DNA of 20,000 bases from Craspedostauros australis (GCA_030167865.1 JALAGF010004075.1:115029-135028); one strand, 5' to 3'; counted from the stretch's first letter, positions 9,539 through 19,713 are shown. Numbers and translations: made by a program. The notes: generated by a model from the sequence alone, not told the origin.

Positions 9539-10453
9539 TCAATTCGACTTGGGTACAGTGTAGAGGACCACGTTCTTTGATGTTGTCGAGAAATGGAATG
9601 GCAGGTCATGCGTCCTGGTGTCACCGCACTTTTCCTTGAGATATTGCAACAGTTCGGGATACAGCCGGACCTTGCCCCCATTGGCTGGATGTACCCTGTC
9701 TGGAAATTCATTTGGAAACACGCAGCACGGCACGACGCAGAATGGTATCCCCAATACCAATGCCAAGTCGATGGCGCAATCCGTAGCCTGATCGGGATGG
9801 AACCCAACAATCAGCTTGGCCCCTGTCACTGTCTCCCACGCTGCTTCTGCGTCATCTATCTGTCCCTCTGATACGAAGTGCTCCTCGCTGTATCCGAGCG
9901 GCTGTGCTTTCTTGCCTTGCTCCAGCGCGTCCTCCCAGAATTCCAACCACCCAACCTTGCCACCTGCGCCATCCTCCAACCGTCGTTTGGTTGCATCCAC
10001 GAGCTGCTGGGTCATGAGTATCCTCAGATGTTTTGGCATGCAAAATTCAACATCATCCGCATTATCCTCGGTGGTTGCGGATGCGTCGGCCTTTGCGTGG
10101 ATTGTTGCATTCGTCTTTGCATTCACCCTTGCGTTGGCATCGAGCTTCGGGAGCAGCATTGCGAGCGGTTGGTACGTTGGCAGTCCAGGTACACAGCGTT
10201 TCTGCGCTTCCTCTGGATGCTGACGCAAATACCGCACCGATTTGGAGATGTGGTCCTTCACGACACGCGGGTCGACGACGGTGGAATCGATCGCATCCAC
10301 ATTCCTCAGCAGCCAGCTCAGGTCTCCCTTCCCACCCGCAGCATCCAGCACGATGGATCCGGGCTTCAGATACTCGCCGTACGTCCGCATCAGAAACTCG
10401 CGGAAGACGTAGACCCTTGCCTTCCTCGACGATGCGCGTGTGCTGTCCACCAT
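9539..10453 (-). CDS. Uncharacterised class I SAM-dependent methyltransferase-like protein, about 304 aa (possible RNA methyltransferase)
   Basis: SAM-binding motif I VLDAAGGKGDLSWLL, a motif II-like STVVDPR, and downstream LIVGFHPDQATD...PFCVVPCCVFP. The first ATG is at 10453; the ORF-track start at 10600 is a TTG. Confidence 0.8.
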   Translation of the reverse strand: MVDSTRASSRKARVYVFREFLMRTYGEYLKPGSIVLDAAGGKGDLSWLLRNVDAIDSTVVDPRVVKDHISKSVRYLRQHPEEAQKRCVPGLPTYQPLAMLLPKLDANARVNAKTNATIHAKADASATTEDNADDVEFCMPKHLRILMTQQLVDATKRRLEDGAGGKVGWLEFWEDALEQGKKAQPLGYSEEHFVSEGQIDDAEAAWETVTGAKLIVGFHPDQATDCAIDLALVLGIPFCVVPCCVFPNEFPDRVHPANGGKVRLYPELLQYLKEKCGDTRTHDLPFHFSTTSKNVVLYTVPKSN

Positions 10454-11077
10454 CTTCAGTGATCCTGGCCACTGTTTACAGACATCGAAGGTGCCAACGT
10501 TGATGATGTTGACGAGCGTAGCACTGGAGTGGTATGGGTACAAGTATAGTAGGTATGGTGCGTGTACTCCAGCAGAATGGTCGTAGTTCGACAGTGGCAA
10601 AACCTCATTGGTGACGAGAGAGGGAGGAGGTCACCCTCTTCCTGTTGCCTCCAACGCCCACGAAGGAGGTGCGATCAAGTGCGCCAACAAAGTGACTGGC
10701 GTCGGATCACGGGTGACTGAACTTCTCAGACGTGATTGACTGGAAAATGAATAAACCACCTGTCAGACGTCCGTTCAAGCTCCACGAAACCACAAACACG
10801 AACGTGGAAAACAAACACACCAAGAAGAACAAAACACCAAAGTGCGATGTGCTTGGTTGGAAACAGACACAGACAAACGACGCCACATCAAGGCACAGCG
10901 ACCCACCTCGGACGATCACTCTCGACTCCAATCGACTCGACTTGACGAGGGTTCAACAATCAGACGAATCATCAGAGGCATCGATTCATCGTCGCCAGCG
11001 CACAAGAGATACAGATCCTCTCAACATACTTCACAAGTTCAGTACATACTCTAAAGAGAATAAGGTATTTGGAGAGC
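10454..11077. promoter_or_regulatory. Candidate bidirectional promoter/5' UTR region between the divergent methyltransferase genes
   Basis: About 620 bp between two head-to-head ATGs, with an A/C-rich tract at about 10780-10880 and no convincing ORF. Inferred from gene geometry only. Confidence 0.55.
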
Positions 11078-12121
11078 ATGTCATTGGGATCAACCGCATC
11101 CAATAATCCGAGAACATCGGTCGTGACGTTGCTCCACTTCATCATGTGGTCTTGCGCCATCATGGCAGCACGTGCCTTCCGTCCTTCGACGGTGAAAACG
11201 GCGACGACAACGAGATCACTCTGGCGTAGTGCCAATCGCCAAGTAATCCACCAAGCTCGTACATCGTCGCGATTGTTTTCAGCACAATCGCAGCAGGGCG
11301 TGAACGTGGACATGGAGTCACAGGTGACCATCGGCAGTGCTGACGCCAGCTCAAAGGATGGGGAAGGAACAAGCAAAGAAGAGACGCCGACGCATCGCGT
11401 GTCGCCATGGAACGACCCCCGCGTTGAGGAACGTTCCAAATCCAAAACGTCCCGTTGCCGTCAGCACGTCAATCCTCTCTCCCGGCGGTTTCAGATGAAT
11501 ACAGAATTGCCTGAGGATTGGCCACACAACGTGTTCGATGACATGAGCCGGCCGATGTTCTTGGACATTGGTTGTGCCCGCGGAGGGTTCCTTGTGGATG
11601 TTGCTACCAAGTATCCCAGGAAGTACAACTACATGGGACTGGAGATCCGACCCATCGTCGTGCGCCATGCCCAGGATCGGGTGTCGAAGCATGGGTTGGA
11701 TGGATTCCTCACCTTCGTTGGTTGCAATGCGAACGTCGACCTGGATCGGTTGATGGATCTCGCTGACGCCAAGGACAAGCTTCAGATGGTCACCATCCAG
11801 TTCCCCGACCCGCATTTCAAATCGCAGCATGCCAAGCGAAGAGTGGTGACGCAAGAGCTGGTGACGACGCTTGCACGGTACATGCCGGAGGGATCCACCG
11901 TCTTCCTTCAATCCGACATTCAATCGGTTCTTGATGAGATGAGAGAGTCTTTCCGCATGCAGCCGGAATTCTTCTGCGACGAACTGGAGTCCACGGAGGA
12001 GTACCACGACAACAACTTGATTGGCGTGCCAACCGAAAGAGAGATCAGCGTGCTGAAACGAGACCTCCCGGTCTTCAGAGCTGTTTTCAAAAGGACTGCC
12101 GCTGTAGCAGTGGGGAATTGA
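11078..12121 (+). CDS. trmB: tRNA (guanine-N7)-methyltransferase TrmB, cyanobacterial/plastid type, with a bipartite N-terminal targeting sequence
   Basis: TrmB motifs RQHVNPL, LDIGCARGGF, GLEIR, CNAN, IQFPDPHFKSQHAKRRV, LQSD and PTERE. The N-terminus has a hydrophobic signal-like stretch ending ARA-FRP, followed by an S/T/R-rich transit-like region. The first ATG is at 11078, with an alternative at 11144. Confidence 0.93.
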   Translation: MSLGSTASNNPRTSVVTLLHFIMWSCAIMAARAFRPSTVKTATTTRSLWRSANRQVIHQARTSSRLFSAQSQQGVNVDMESQVTIGSADASSKDGEGTSKEETPTHRVSPWNDPRVEERSKSKTSRCRQHVNPLSRRFQMNTELPEDWPHNVFDDMSRPMFLDIGCARGGFLVDVATKYPRKYNYMGLEIRPIVVRHAQDRVSKHGLDGFLTFVGCNANVDLDRLMDLADAKDKLQMVTIQFPDPHFKSQHAKRRVVTQELVTTLARYMPEGSTVFLQSDIQSVLDEMRESFRMQPEFFCDELESTEEYHDNNLIGVPTEREISVLKRDLPVFRAVFKRTAAVAVGN

Positions 12122-12427
12122 ATGGATAGCGGATGATAGATGAAAAATCTTATGATATGAAGAAGGGATAGATGCACTTGAGGGCACTCCAGCACACTCT
12201 GATGGACGAGCGGTCGACAGAGGTGCACACTGAATACGCGATTGCTGACAGTAATGCCAAGATATTGATGGCATCGCATTGCTTTATTAGAACTTGCGAC
12301 CTGAGAGGATGGCAGCCATCAAGTTGCCGTTAAAGAATTGCGTGCAGTGATCAGGACATGGGGTTTGCCTTGTCATAGGTCCTGTCAGGTGGTGTCCTCC
12401 AACATCATATAATGCATCAGCCAAGGA

Positions 12428-12456
12428 GTGCGTGTGCGTGCGTGCGTGCGTGCGTG
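12428..12456. repeat. (CGTG)n microsatellite forming an alternating purine-pyrimidine tract
   Basis: gtgcgtgtgcgtgcgtgcgtgcgtgcgtg. Confidence 0.9.
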
Positions 12457-12730
12457 ATAGAAGAGAGACTGCTGCGTCAGGAGACAAGATGGAGACTTGT
12501 CAGCTCTCTACCAATAGCTCGTACAAACATTAGTTGGAGTAAGATCAAACATACTTTTGGTCGTATTTGTATCGGAGAGAATGCCAGTAGCGTGGGGCCA
12601 ACATAGCATCACTTCCATCATTTTCAAAGACCACCATGTAAGGGGTTGGTTGGGTCAAACCAAGACCAAACCAAGCAAGATCAAGGAGACGATTTCAGCC
12701 AGGCTCGTATGGTCAAACACTCCTACCGAA

Positions 12731-12805
12731 AACAACAACAACAACATGCAATGGAATACAATGGAATGCAACACAGCGCAATGCAATACACTGCAATGCC
12801 GTGCA
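12731..12805. repeat. (AAC)5 followed by 12 degenerate pentamer units (consensus about ATGCA)
   Basis: atgca atgga ataca atgga atgca acaca gcgca atgca ataca ctgca atgcc gtgca, starting at 12746. Confidence 0.8.
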
Positions 12806-13901
12806 ACATTGAACTGTAGTATGACGCGACGTGAAGAAGTGTATTCAACAATACGAAGCCATGCAGAGTCTGAACCACGTGTGCGGTTTGGATACAACAT
12901 GCATGGTACTGACAAATCAACTTTTTTCTATTGGTAGAAAGCACTCTGCAGTCTTCCGCTCAACTCCACCCAACATCAGAGTGCTCGTGCGCGTACGAGC
13001 TACTTGTATGCACTCTGCTGCGCTTGACTGAAGAGAGAGAGAGAGTACTTGCTCTACCCAATTTGCCTTTCGGCGATGTTGAAAACTGAGATTGCGTGAC
13101 AGCTGATCCATTCTGTAATGCTGTACTATACGAGCTATACATGCACATTTGTGAAGTAATGTATAGTAGAATAGCACGCGCCTCAAACATCTGAACCGCT
13201 GCTTACGAGGGCTTACGGAATTGTGGCGCGCACGCTTGTCACACCTGAACTTCCAGCATTCAATGAACAGGCTTAAGCACTAAATGGCGAGTGCAATCTA
13301 TTCACATGTCCCCTACTCGAATGTGAAAGAGGGTAGATAGGGAAGCCGCTGCGGTGTGGGTATGCCCCCGTGAAGACGGCTCAGACATCTGACATGATGA
13401 GGGCAAAAGAAGTCTCGCCGATGGGCTCTGCCGAGGAACGCCAGACATAGTCATGGGCAATAACTCCTCCGAAGACCTTGAAGCAACTACAGCATTTCGT
13501 AGCATCTCGTGGCATCGTGTGATTTGGTACGATCTATGGCATGCTTCTGTTGAGGACTCATGATGCTCCTGGAACATTGCAGACTACTTTGGGATTTGAT
13601 TACGACCTATCTGCTCACAGAGTATTTGTTGGCACGAACGTTGACTGTATTACATGCGCCATATACCTACTCCATGCAGATCTCCAGATTCCTGCTTTCG
13701 TGACAAGAAGCCGTGCAGTAAAAGGAAGATTGCTCTGCCATTTATGCTACGGCTATGTATCATACAATCGTACAACCTTCGAAAGGAAGGTATTTTCTCG
13801 TGATTGCGATTTTCTCCTACCTCGTGCGCTTGAATGAAGGCATTGTGGAGCCTTTGTGGAGTGGTGCTGAATTACCTGTACGACTACGAGCTCACTCTCA
13901 T

Positions 13902-13930
13902 GTAGAGTAGAGCAGAGTAGAGTAGAGTGG
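13902..13930. repeat. (AGAGT/AGAGC)n pentamer microsatellite
   Basis: gtagagtagagcagagtagagtagagtgg. Confidence 0.85.
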
Positions 13931-14603
13931 AAAAGTGTGCCCAGCTTCAATACGAATGTGCTTCGCCAAGTGTCGATGTTCTCCTCCGCCATTCCCGGCA
14001 CGCGAAAAAATGTTCGTGACTGCTATGGCGAAGAGTGAGTTTTTGGATGTTTGGTTTGTTCGCAGAAAGTGGGTAAATCTTCAATCACGATCGGTTGGCA
14101 TTGGCACACACGCATGGATGAAACGCAACCACACGTAACGCACACGGGCGAGGAGGCCCAACAGGAAATTTGTGGGCGAACAATTCAATCACTTGCGGGA
14201 AGGGAATATGTCGTCTCGCTGGTTCGTGGAGTATCATTGCTCTCGGTGCAGACCGGCAAGTTGGAGTGTGAACCAAAGTAAACACAGTTGGATGGTTGGA
14301 CAACCGGATGCCTTGGGTGTCAACGAAGCAAGGGAGTTTAACCTGTCGGAGTGAATGGGGTCAAAGTGGCTGCATTATACAGCAGGGAGCGAGAGAGGTC
14401 GAAAACGTACAGCGAAGGCTCGCGAGAGAGCCAGAGAGAGGAAACACGGTGGAGCATTGCAAACGGGACCACGCTGGAATCTATGATGTCTCTTTCATTC
14501 CGACTAGAACAAACGAACTTACAATGTATTTTAGGTGTCAGCATCTGCGAGAACGTTCACGACGACTGTCATTCGTGAAAGTTACAACCGCATGCAATGT
14601 TTA

Positions 14604-14634
14604 ACTCGACTCTGCTCTACCCTGCTCTGCTCTG
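14604..14634. repeat. (CTCTG/CTCTA)n pentamer microsatellite, the reverse-complement type of 13902-13930
   Basis: actcgactctgctctaccctgctctgctctg. Confidence 0.75.
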
Positions 14635-15293
14635 GAGCAATCGCCGAGGCACAGTACTATCGCGCGGCAATAGGCTGTGTGCATCTCACGGCAGCGGGGA
14701 AGTCTACAATGCGCACGGAAGAGCGAGAGATGTGGCGAGCGAGGGTGTTCCCGAGTACCGGTGGAACAACTGTGTAGCTGTTCTGAGGGAGGAACAGTCG
14801 CGATCGGGTACAAACTGACCAGAGCAGAACACGGAGCCACCAACGCAAAGATTCGACGATAGGTCACATGGCGATAACACAGGATTCAGGACGATGTTCT
14901 GGGAACTTACTGCACGCAGCGCCACCTACTGTGAATACAAGCTGATCCAGCACCCACGAGTGAAGGCAGCACTACATTCCATTGTCAGTGACAGAAGGAG
15001 CAACTGAATTCGCAAGTGGAGTGTGGGCGATGAGGATGGTATGGGTATGCCAGGAGCTTTGGGCAATCGCAAGTCATGAACCACGCAATGGGAAAGCAGT
15101 TCTCCGAAATCGTCCCAGCGATCTTTTTGTCTATCATGTTTCGGTGTTTTGGGCACGACGTTGGTGCGGGTCGTCTCTCTACCCGCAAGTGAGTCTGTTG
15201 TTTTTTCATGGCGTGTGCACGATGCCACAAGGAACTCGAAATAAACCAATCGTAGCCTGAATGTCGGTGGAGTACAGATTCTACGAGTAAAAA

Positions 15294-15320
15294 TACGAGT
15301 ACGAGTACGAGTACGAGTAC
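15294..15320. repeat. (TACGAG)4.5 hexamer microsatellite
   Basis: tacgagtacgagtacgagtacgagtac, with one more copy at 15282. Confidence 0.9.
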
Positions 15321-17161
15321 ATACACGCACAGCATGCATTGTCAACAGAGCTGGTTTGGTTGTGCTGGATAGGATTCTGTGTTGTGGGTGCGTGTCCACC
15401 ACGAAGAACAGCCATCGACAATCGACACGGTACCGAGGCTTCGCCTGCCCGGCCACCCTGCTCACAAAAATAGCAGATCCTTGATGGGAGAACAACAACA
15501 ACGACCGACTGACATCAAGGATGTGTCGTGGCTTGACAGACTAAATGTGCGACGAAGACATTCATAGTATGTCTCACGCACACCCTTTTTACGCCAAATG
15601 ACCACAGAGGAAGTAAAAAAGTCTCTCTTATCTCCCCGTGGAACAAGAGATACCTTCCACTGCGGAAGCCGTGCTGTGGTCCGTGACAAATACATAACCG
15701 TGGGCAAGAAGGAAGAGTCAGCTTGTTAAACGTCATTCTTGCATACAGCATTGGTCGGAAGCCAAACGAAACAGCTGGGGGTTCGTCCGAGTGGTAGTAC
15801 GTACAATCGCAAGAATCGGAACCGCGGAACGGCCACATCTCGACAGGGATTTATTCGTTGCGGTTGCGAATGCGAATGCGGCTTCGTGTGATTTTCAGGC
15901 GTGTATTGTTTCGCTTTCGTGTGTATGAGCATAGTTTGGACCGCACGGAGCAAGCCGTCGACGACTAAAGGATTGTGGCAGGCAGGTGCTGATTTCCTCT
16001 CACCAACAAACACACAGACACAGACGCAGGAGCAGACGAAGACGCAGACACACAAAACATCACTGCGACTGCTATAATTGATGGAGCTCTGCCAGTGGTA
16101 TTGCCAACACGGAGGGGCAAATTTCGCTCTCCATCGTAGTATTAGTTTGCACAGTCACGTTAGGCAAGAGCACTGCTTTGGTGAGCGTGGTGGCGATTGA
16201 TTTGGCAGATACGCTCTTCTTTTTGCTAGATTCGGTGTGGGGGAGGGTATGACAGTCGCTCCTGCCTTAATCAATTCAGTCTCACTGTGTTATCAAGACA
16301 GAAACCAATGGCGCACGGCCATACCCGTATGCGATTTGCACCTCGTAACATAGGGGCAGCTCGCAGGAGAGGCAGAAACGGGTGCTCATCACAGGCCCCA
16401 TCTTGTGGGAATTGCAGCACATTGCGCAGCAACTGCGTCCAAAGCAAAGCTCCAATGCAATTTTGAGCATGTTTCAGTGCAGCGTTCCAAAGCCACACTT
16501 AATCTCTTCATCCCACAGTTCGTCCGCTTATGTCAAGGGGCTAGCTTGTTTGCGCATTCGTTAATTTAGTTCGTCACCCGCATGCTTATGAAACATGCGA
16601 AGACGATACAGCGCACAAAAATTGATATACCACAATGCGACATCGGTAGCAAGGCGCCGACCGCGCCGATTCCGGCCCACAGATCCTCACCCCAGATGAT
16701 GGCCGACGCCAGAAAAAGGGAGTTGCCATCGCGAAACAATACCAGTGCGGAATCGCCACACACAAGAGAGGCAGAGAAACACAACCACATTATTCAAGAT
16801 ACACGCTGTAGGTACCACAGTAGGAAATGTACGTACTGTACCTCGCACAACACGACGACCGCGGCACCACGGAAGGAAAAACCGTGACAGGACAAGAGAG
16901 AAAAGCGGGCAGTTGGGCAAACCAGGAATACTCGTGCAAGGGGATGAAGAAAACAAATCGAACACAACGAAAGCACGGAAGGAAGTCAAGGAGGTCAGCC
17001 AAGAGAGCGGAGTGGACACACACCTGGTCATAGACACAATTTTAGTTCGCCACCAAACACACACAGACACTCAGCATAACCCACGATACGTACCACACCG
17101 AAAAGACACCGCAAAAGTCTTAATCCAGCAAAAGCCAAAGCACAGCAACACCCTCCACGAG

Positions 17162-18568
17162 ATGTCGATCATGGTTCCAGTTCCACCAACATTCGCCGCC
17201 GACCAGTTCGGGCACATGTCTTTGGTGTCCCATCCCACCCCCGCAACTCTCAGCGGAGCAACTTTGGCTGTGGCCACGGGCGCACCGATCGGTGCGGTGA
17301 CCGCCGTTGACGCGATCGGCTTGCCGCGCGGTACTCAGCATGTCCTCGGACCATTGGCGCACACCAACAGGAATGCTCTCATCGCGGCAGCTCAGCTGAG
17401 AGCATCGCCAGTTATTCTTGGGCATCAGCAAAGACAGCATGACTTGCAAGTGCAAGCTCATGTACAAGCTCAGGTGCAAGCCCAGGTGCAAGCTCAGGCA
17501 CAGGCACAGGCGCAAGCGCAAGCTCACCCACATCGACACGAAACGGCGAGTATTGTCAATCTTGGCACTGCCTCGCATCCCCAGCTGGCACATGTCATCA
17601 CCGTCGCCACGCCCATTCCAACCCCGGCAGGTACCGTGCCAGGTGGACTCACGCCCATCAACATGGCAATGCCCCCAGTGGTGGCCATGAACCGGCCGTT
17701 GATCTCGGCCCTGCCAGCCGCCGCCGTGCCATCCCCAGGCTTGGCCGTGTCTTCACCCCTCCCGCAGTCGTTGGCCTCGAGCAACCTAATTTCGACCTTG
17801 ATGGCAAGTCGCAATAGCGCAGTTGGCATGGCGCTCCCACCGAGCGTCACAAGCACACCAGGATTCACAACGGTACAAGCAGGGGAACCGCCCGCAGCGG
17901 CGCCGGCTGGAGTGCTGTCAGCCCCGTTGACACCATCCGCGTATCTTCGCCAACGCCTGTCAAGAACATCGGATCTGGCCGCCTCCCGACTTCAGCTCCT
18001 CAAGCCTGTCAATTCCATCGATCTCTCGACCGCGTTTACGCGAAGGATCAGCAACGGTTCTATGGCCACAAATACAAGCGCGAGTCAGTTGCCTCGCAAC
18101 GCCTTCGCCAAGGCCACGCCCACCAGCTCAAGGTCTATCGGCTCGTTTTCTGACACTGCGTCAGCTAGCAAGCCACAAGCGGGCATTCGATCGTCACTGA
18201 CAGAGATGCTCAGAACGGCGAAGGACGCCGCGAACGCACCCATGCCAAGGGATTGCGACTACTTCATCGACGATGTGCGCGAGGAGGACGTCCTCTGCGG
18301 CAGAGGCGGACGCTCCAATCACCACCCCGGCAACAAGCGATACCGACAGGTCGTCAGTGATATGAAGCAAAGCTACAGAAATATCGAGGCCAAGACCGCC
18401 AAGACGGACCTCAGCAGAGCCATCGTGGATCACGTCTACAAGTACGGAGGCCGCTTCATCAAGCTCGACAAGGCCACGGACAGATACTACGTGCTGACGA
18501 TGGTCGAAGCGCGCAAGAAGACCAGTCAGGCACTGCGGGAATGCAAGCAGCTGAAATGGCTCATGTGA
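17162..18568 (+). CDS. DUF6824-domain protein with QA repeat and P/A/S-rich disordered N-terminus (putative regulator)
   Basis: The C-terminal DVLCGRGGRSNHHPGNKRYR...KTDLSRAIVDHV...GGRFIK...ARKKTSQALRE (18287-18541) matches the DUF6824 signature. 17162 is the first in-frame ATG, although the frame stays open upstream to the GTG at 16745. Confidence 0.88.
   Translation: MSIMVPVPPTFAADQFGHMSLVSHPTPATLSGATLAVATGAPIGAVTAVDAIGLPRGTQHVLGPLAHTNRNALIAAAQLRASPVILGHQQRQHDLQVQAHVQAQVQAQVQAQAQAQAQAQAHPHRHETASIVNLGTASHPQLAHVITVATPIPTPAGTVPGGLTPINMAMPPVVAMNRPLISALPAAAVPSPGLAVSSPLPQSLASSNLISTLMASRNSAVGMALPPSVTSTPGFTTVQAGEPPAAAPAGVLSAPLTPSAYLRQRLSRTSDLAASRLQLLKPVNSIDLSTAFTRRISNGSMATNTSASQLPRNAFAKATPTSSRSIGSFSDTASASKPQAGIRSSLTEMLRTAKDAANAPMPRDCDYFIDDVREEDVLCGRGGRSNHHPGNKRYRQVVSDMKQSYRNIEAKTAKTDLSRAIVDHVYKYGGRFIKLDKATDRYYVLTMVEARKKTSQALRECKQLKWLM
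17447..17524 (+). repeat. Coding QV/QA dipeptide repeat (26 aa)
   Basis: Encodes QVQAHVQAQVQAQVQAQAQAQAQAQA with mixed codons. Confidence 0.9.
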
Positions 18569-19713
18569 GCCAAGTACGACCAGGCACAGGAGGCCCCAGG
18601 GGTGGGGCTGACAACCCGGCAGTGTCCATGTTTCCTCATATCATGGCATCACAACGTGAAGGCCTGAGGCTTGAGTCTGATGACATAAAGCCGCTACGGA
18701 GATGCCGATGGTCTTGTACCATGTGAGCACGAGAGAGACGCGGTGCCTGGCATGTTCCACACTCGACTCTCATCCCTGCTTGAGATACTCGCACAAGCCA
18801 TGCAGCCTGGGGTCCTGCACTTCACACTCTCGAAGCAGCTCTTCGGGATAGTCACCATACAACAAGTACAAATCGTACGCGACACGTGCGCCACGAGCAC
18901 GCACAAGGTATGCATAATGCCAATACATGATACATATCGTAGCCAGCAGAGTATTCCACCACAACATACTAGTAGCTCGTCCGGTGTTCACGACGACAAT
19001 GACTGTCAGAGTTGGTCTCAAGCGAGATGGAGTAGAGTAGACGGTGCCGAGCAAGTCGTATCGTTCCGTTTGGCATCCAACAGGCCTTCTGCGCTTGAAA
19101 GTCTCCCCGTTGCAGTCACCCATGCTTGTGTGCATCGTCGTACATGTACGTGCGAGGTGAAATTAGGGGAAGCAAACACTCGGCGCTGGCTCAGCGATTC
19201 ATGCAAGCGCAAACAGTTCATCTGCTTGTTCGAGTGTCGCACCCACGCTGTCCGCTATTCGAGTTCGCTGGAACAGAGTCATCAGAACACTTTCAACCTT
19301 TGTGGATGTCGGAGATTACTTTTTTCCTCTGCTGGCGCCCATACTCGTGCTGTATGTACTTGCAGCTCATATGATAAGACAAGCACAGAGGTCCTAACCT
19401 GTTCCTTCTCGAAGCATCCCGACATTCCCATGCCGATTACTGGCAGAGCGAACACCAGGAGTCTGGTGGAGTACATGCATGGGCGCTGCATTGTGATTTG
19501 TTGCACTCGGCCATCAGCCATCTACGACATTCCTCAGCGCAACCCTGGTGCTTCCGCATGACGCAGAGTCATGTGAAGCCAACCGACGAGTGTCCGACCC
19601 TCGCAAGGTCGGTTTCATCCCACACAAAAGTGAGGCGAGTGAACGATGCGAGCAGGGTTGTTTGTTTGGGACCCTGAGCAGGTTCCAAGTCGCTGAAATT
19701 CCGCATCGTTCAT

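Noticed and set aside
8944..9810. 288-aa minus-strand ORF
   Set aside because: It overlaps the NPRL2 3' end antisense and the methyltransferase in another frame, and has no recognisable motifs. It is a shadow ORF.
11351..12274. 307-aa minus-strand ORF
   Set aside because: It is the antisense shadow of trmB, expected from codon bias, with no domain features.
13394..13480. ATGATGA resembling a snoRNA box C
   Set aside because: I saw no suitably placed terminal CTGA box D, closing stem or rRNA-complementary guide.
18743..19561. 272-aa ORF downstream of the DUF6824 gene
   Set aside because: It has a GTG start in the track, a random-looking C/S/R/H-rich composition and no motif. It is probably 3' UTR or intergenic DNA, although expression data would be needed to exclude it fully.
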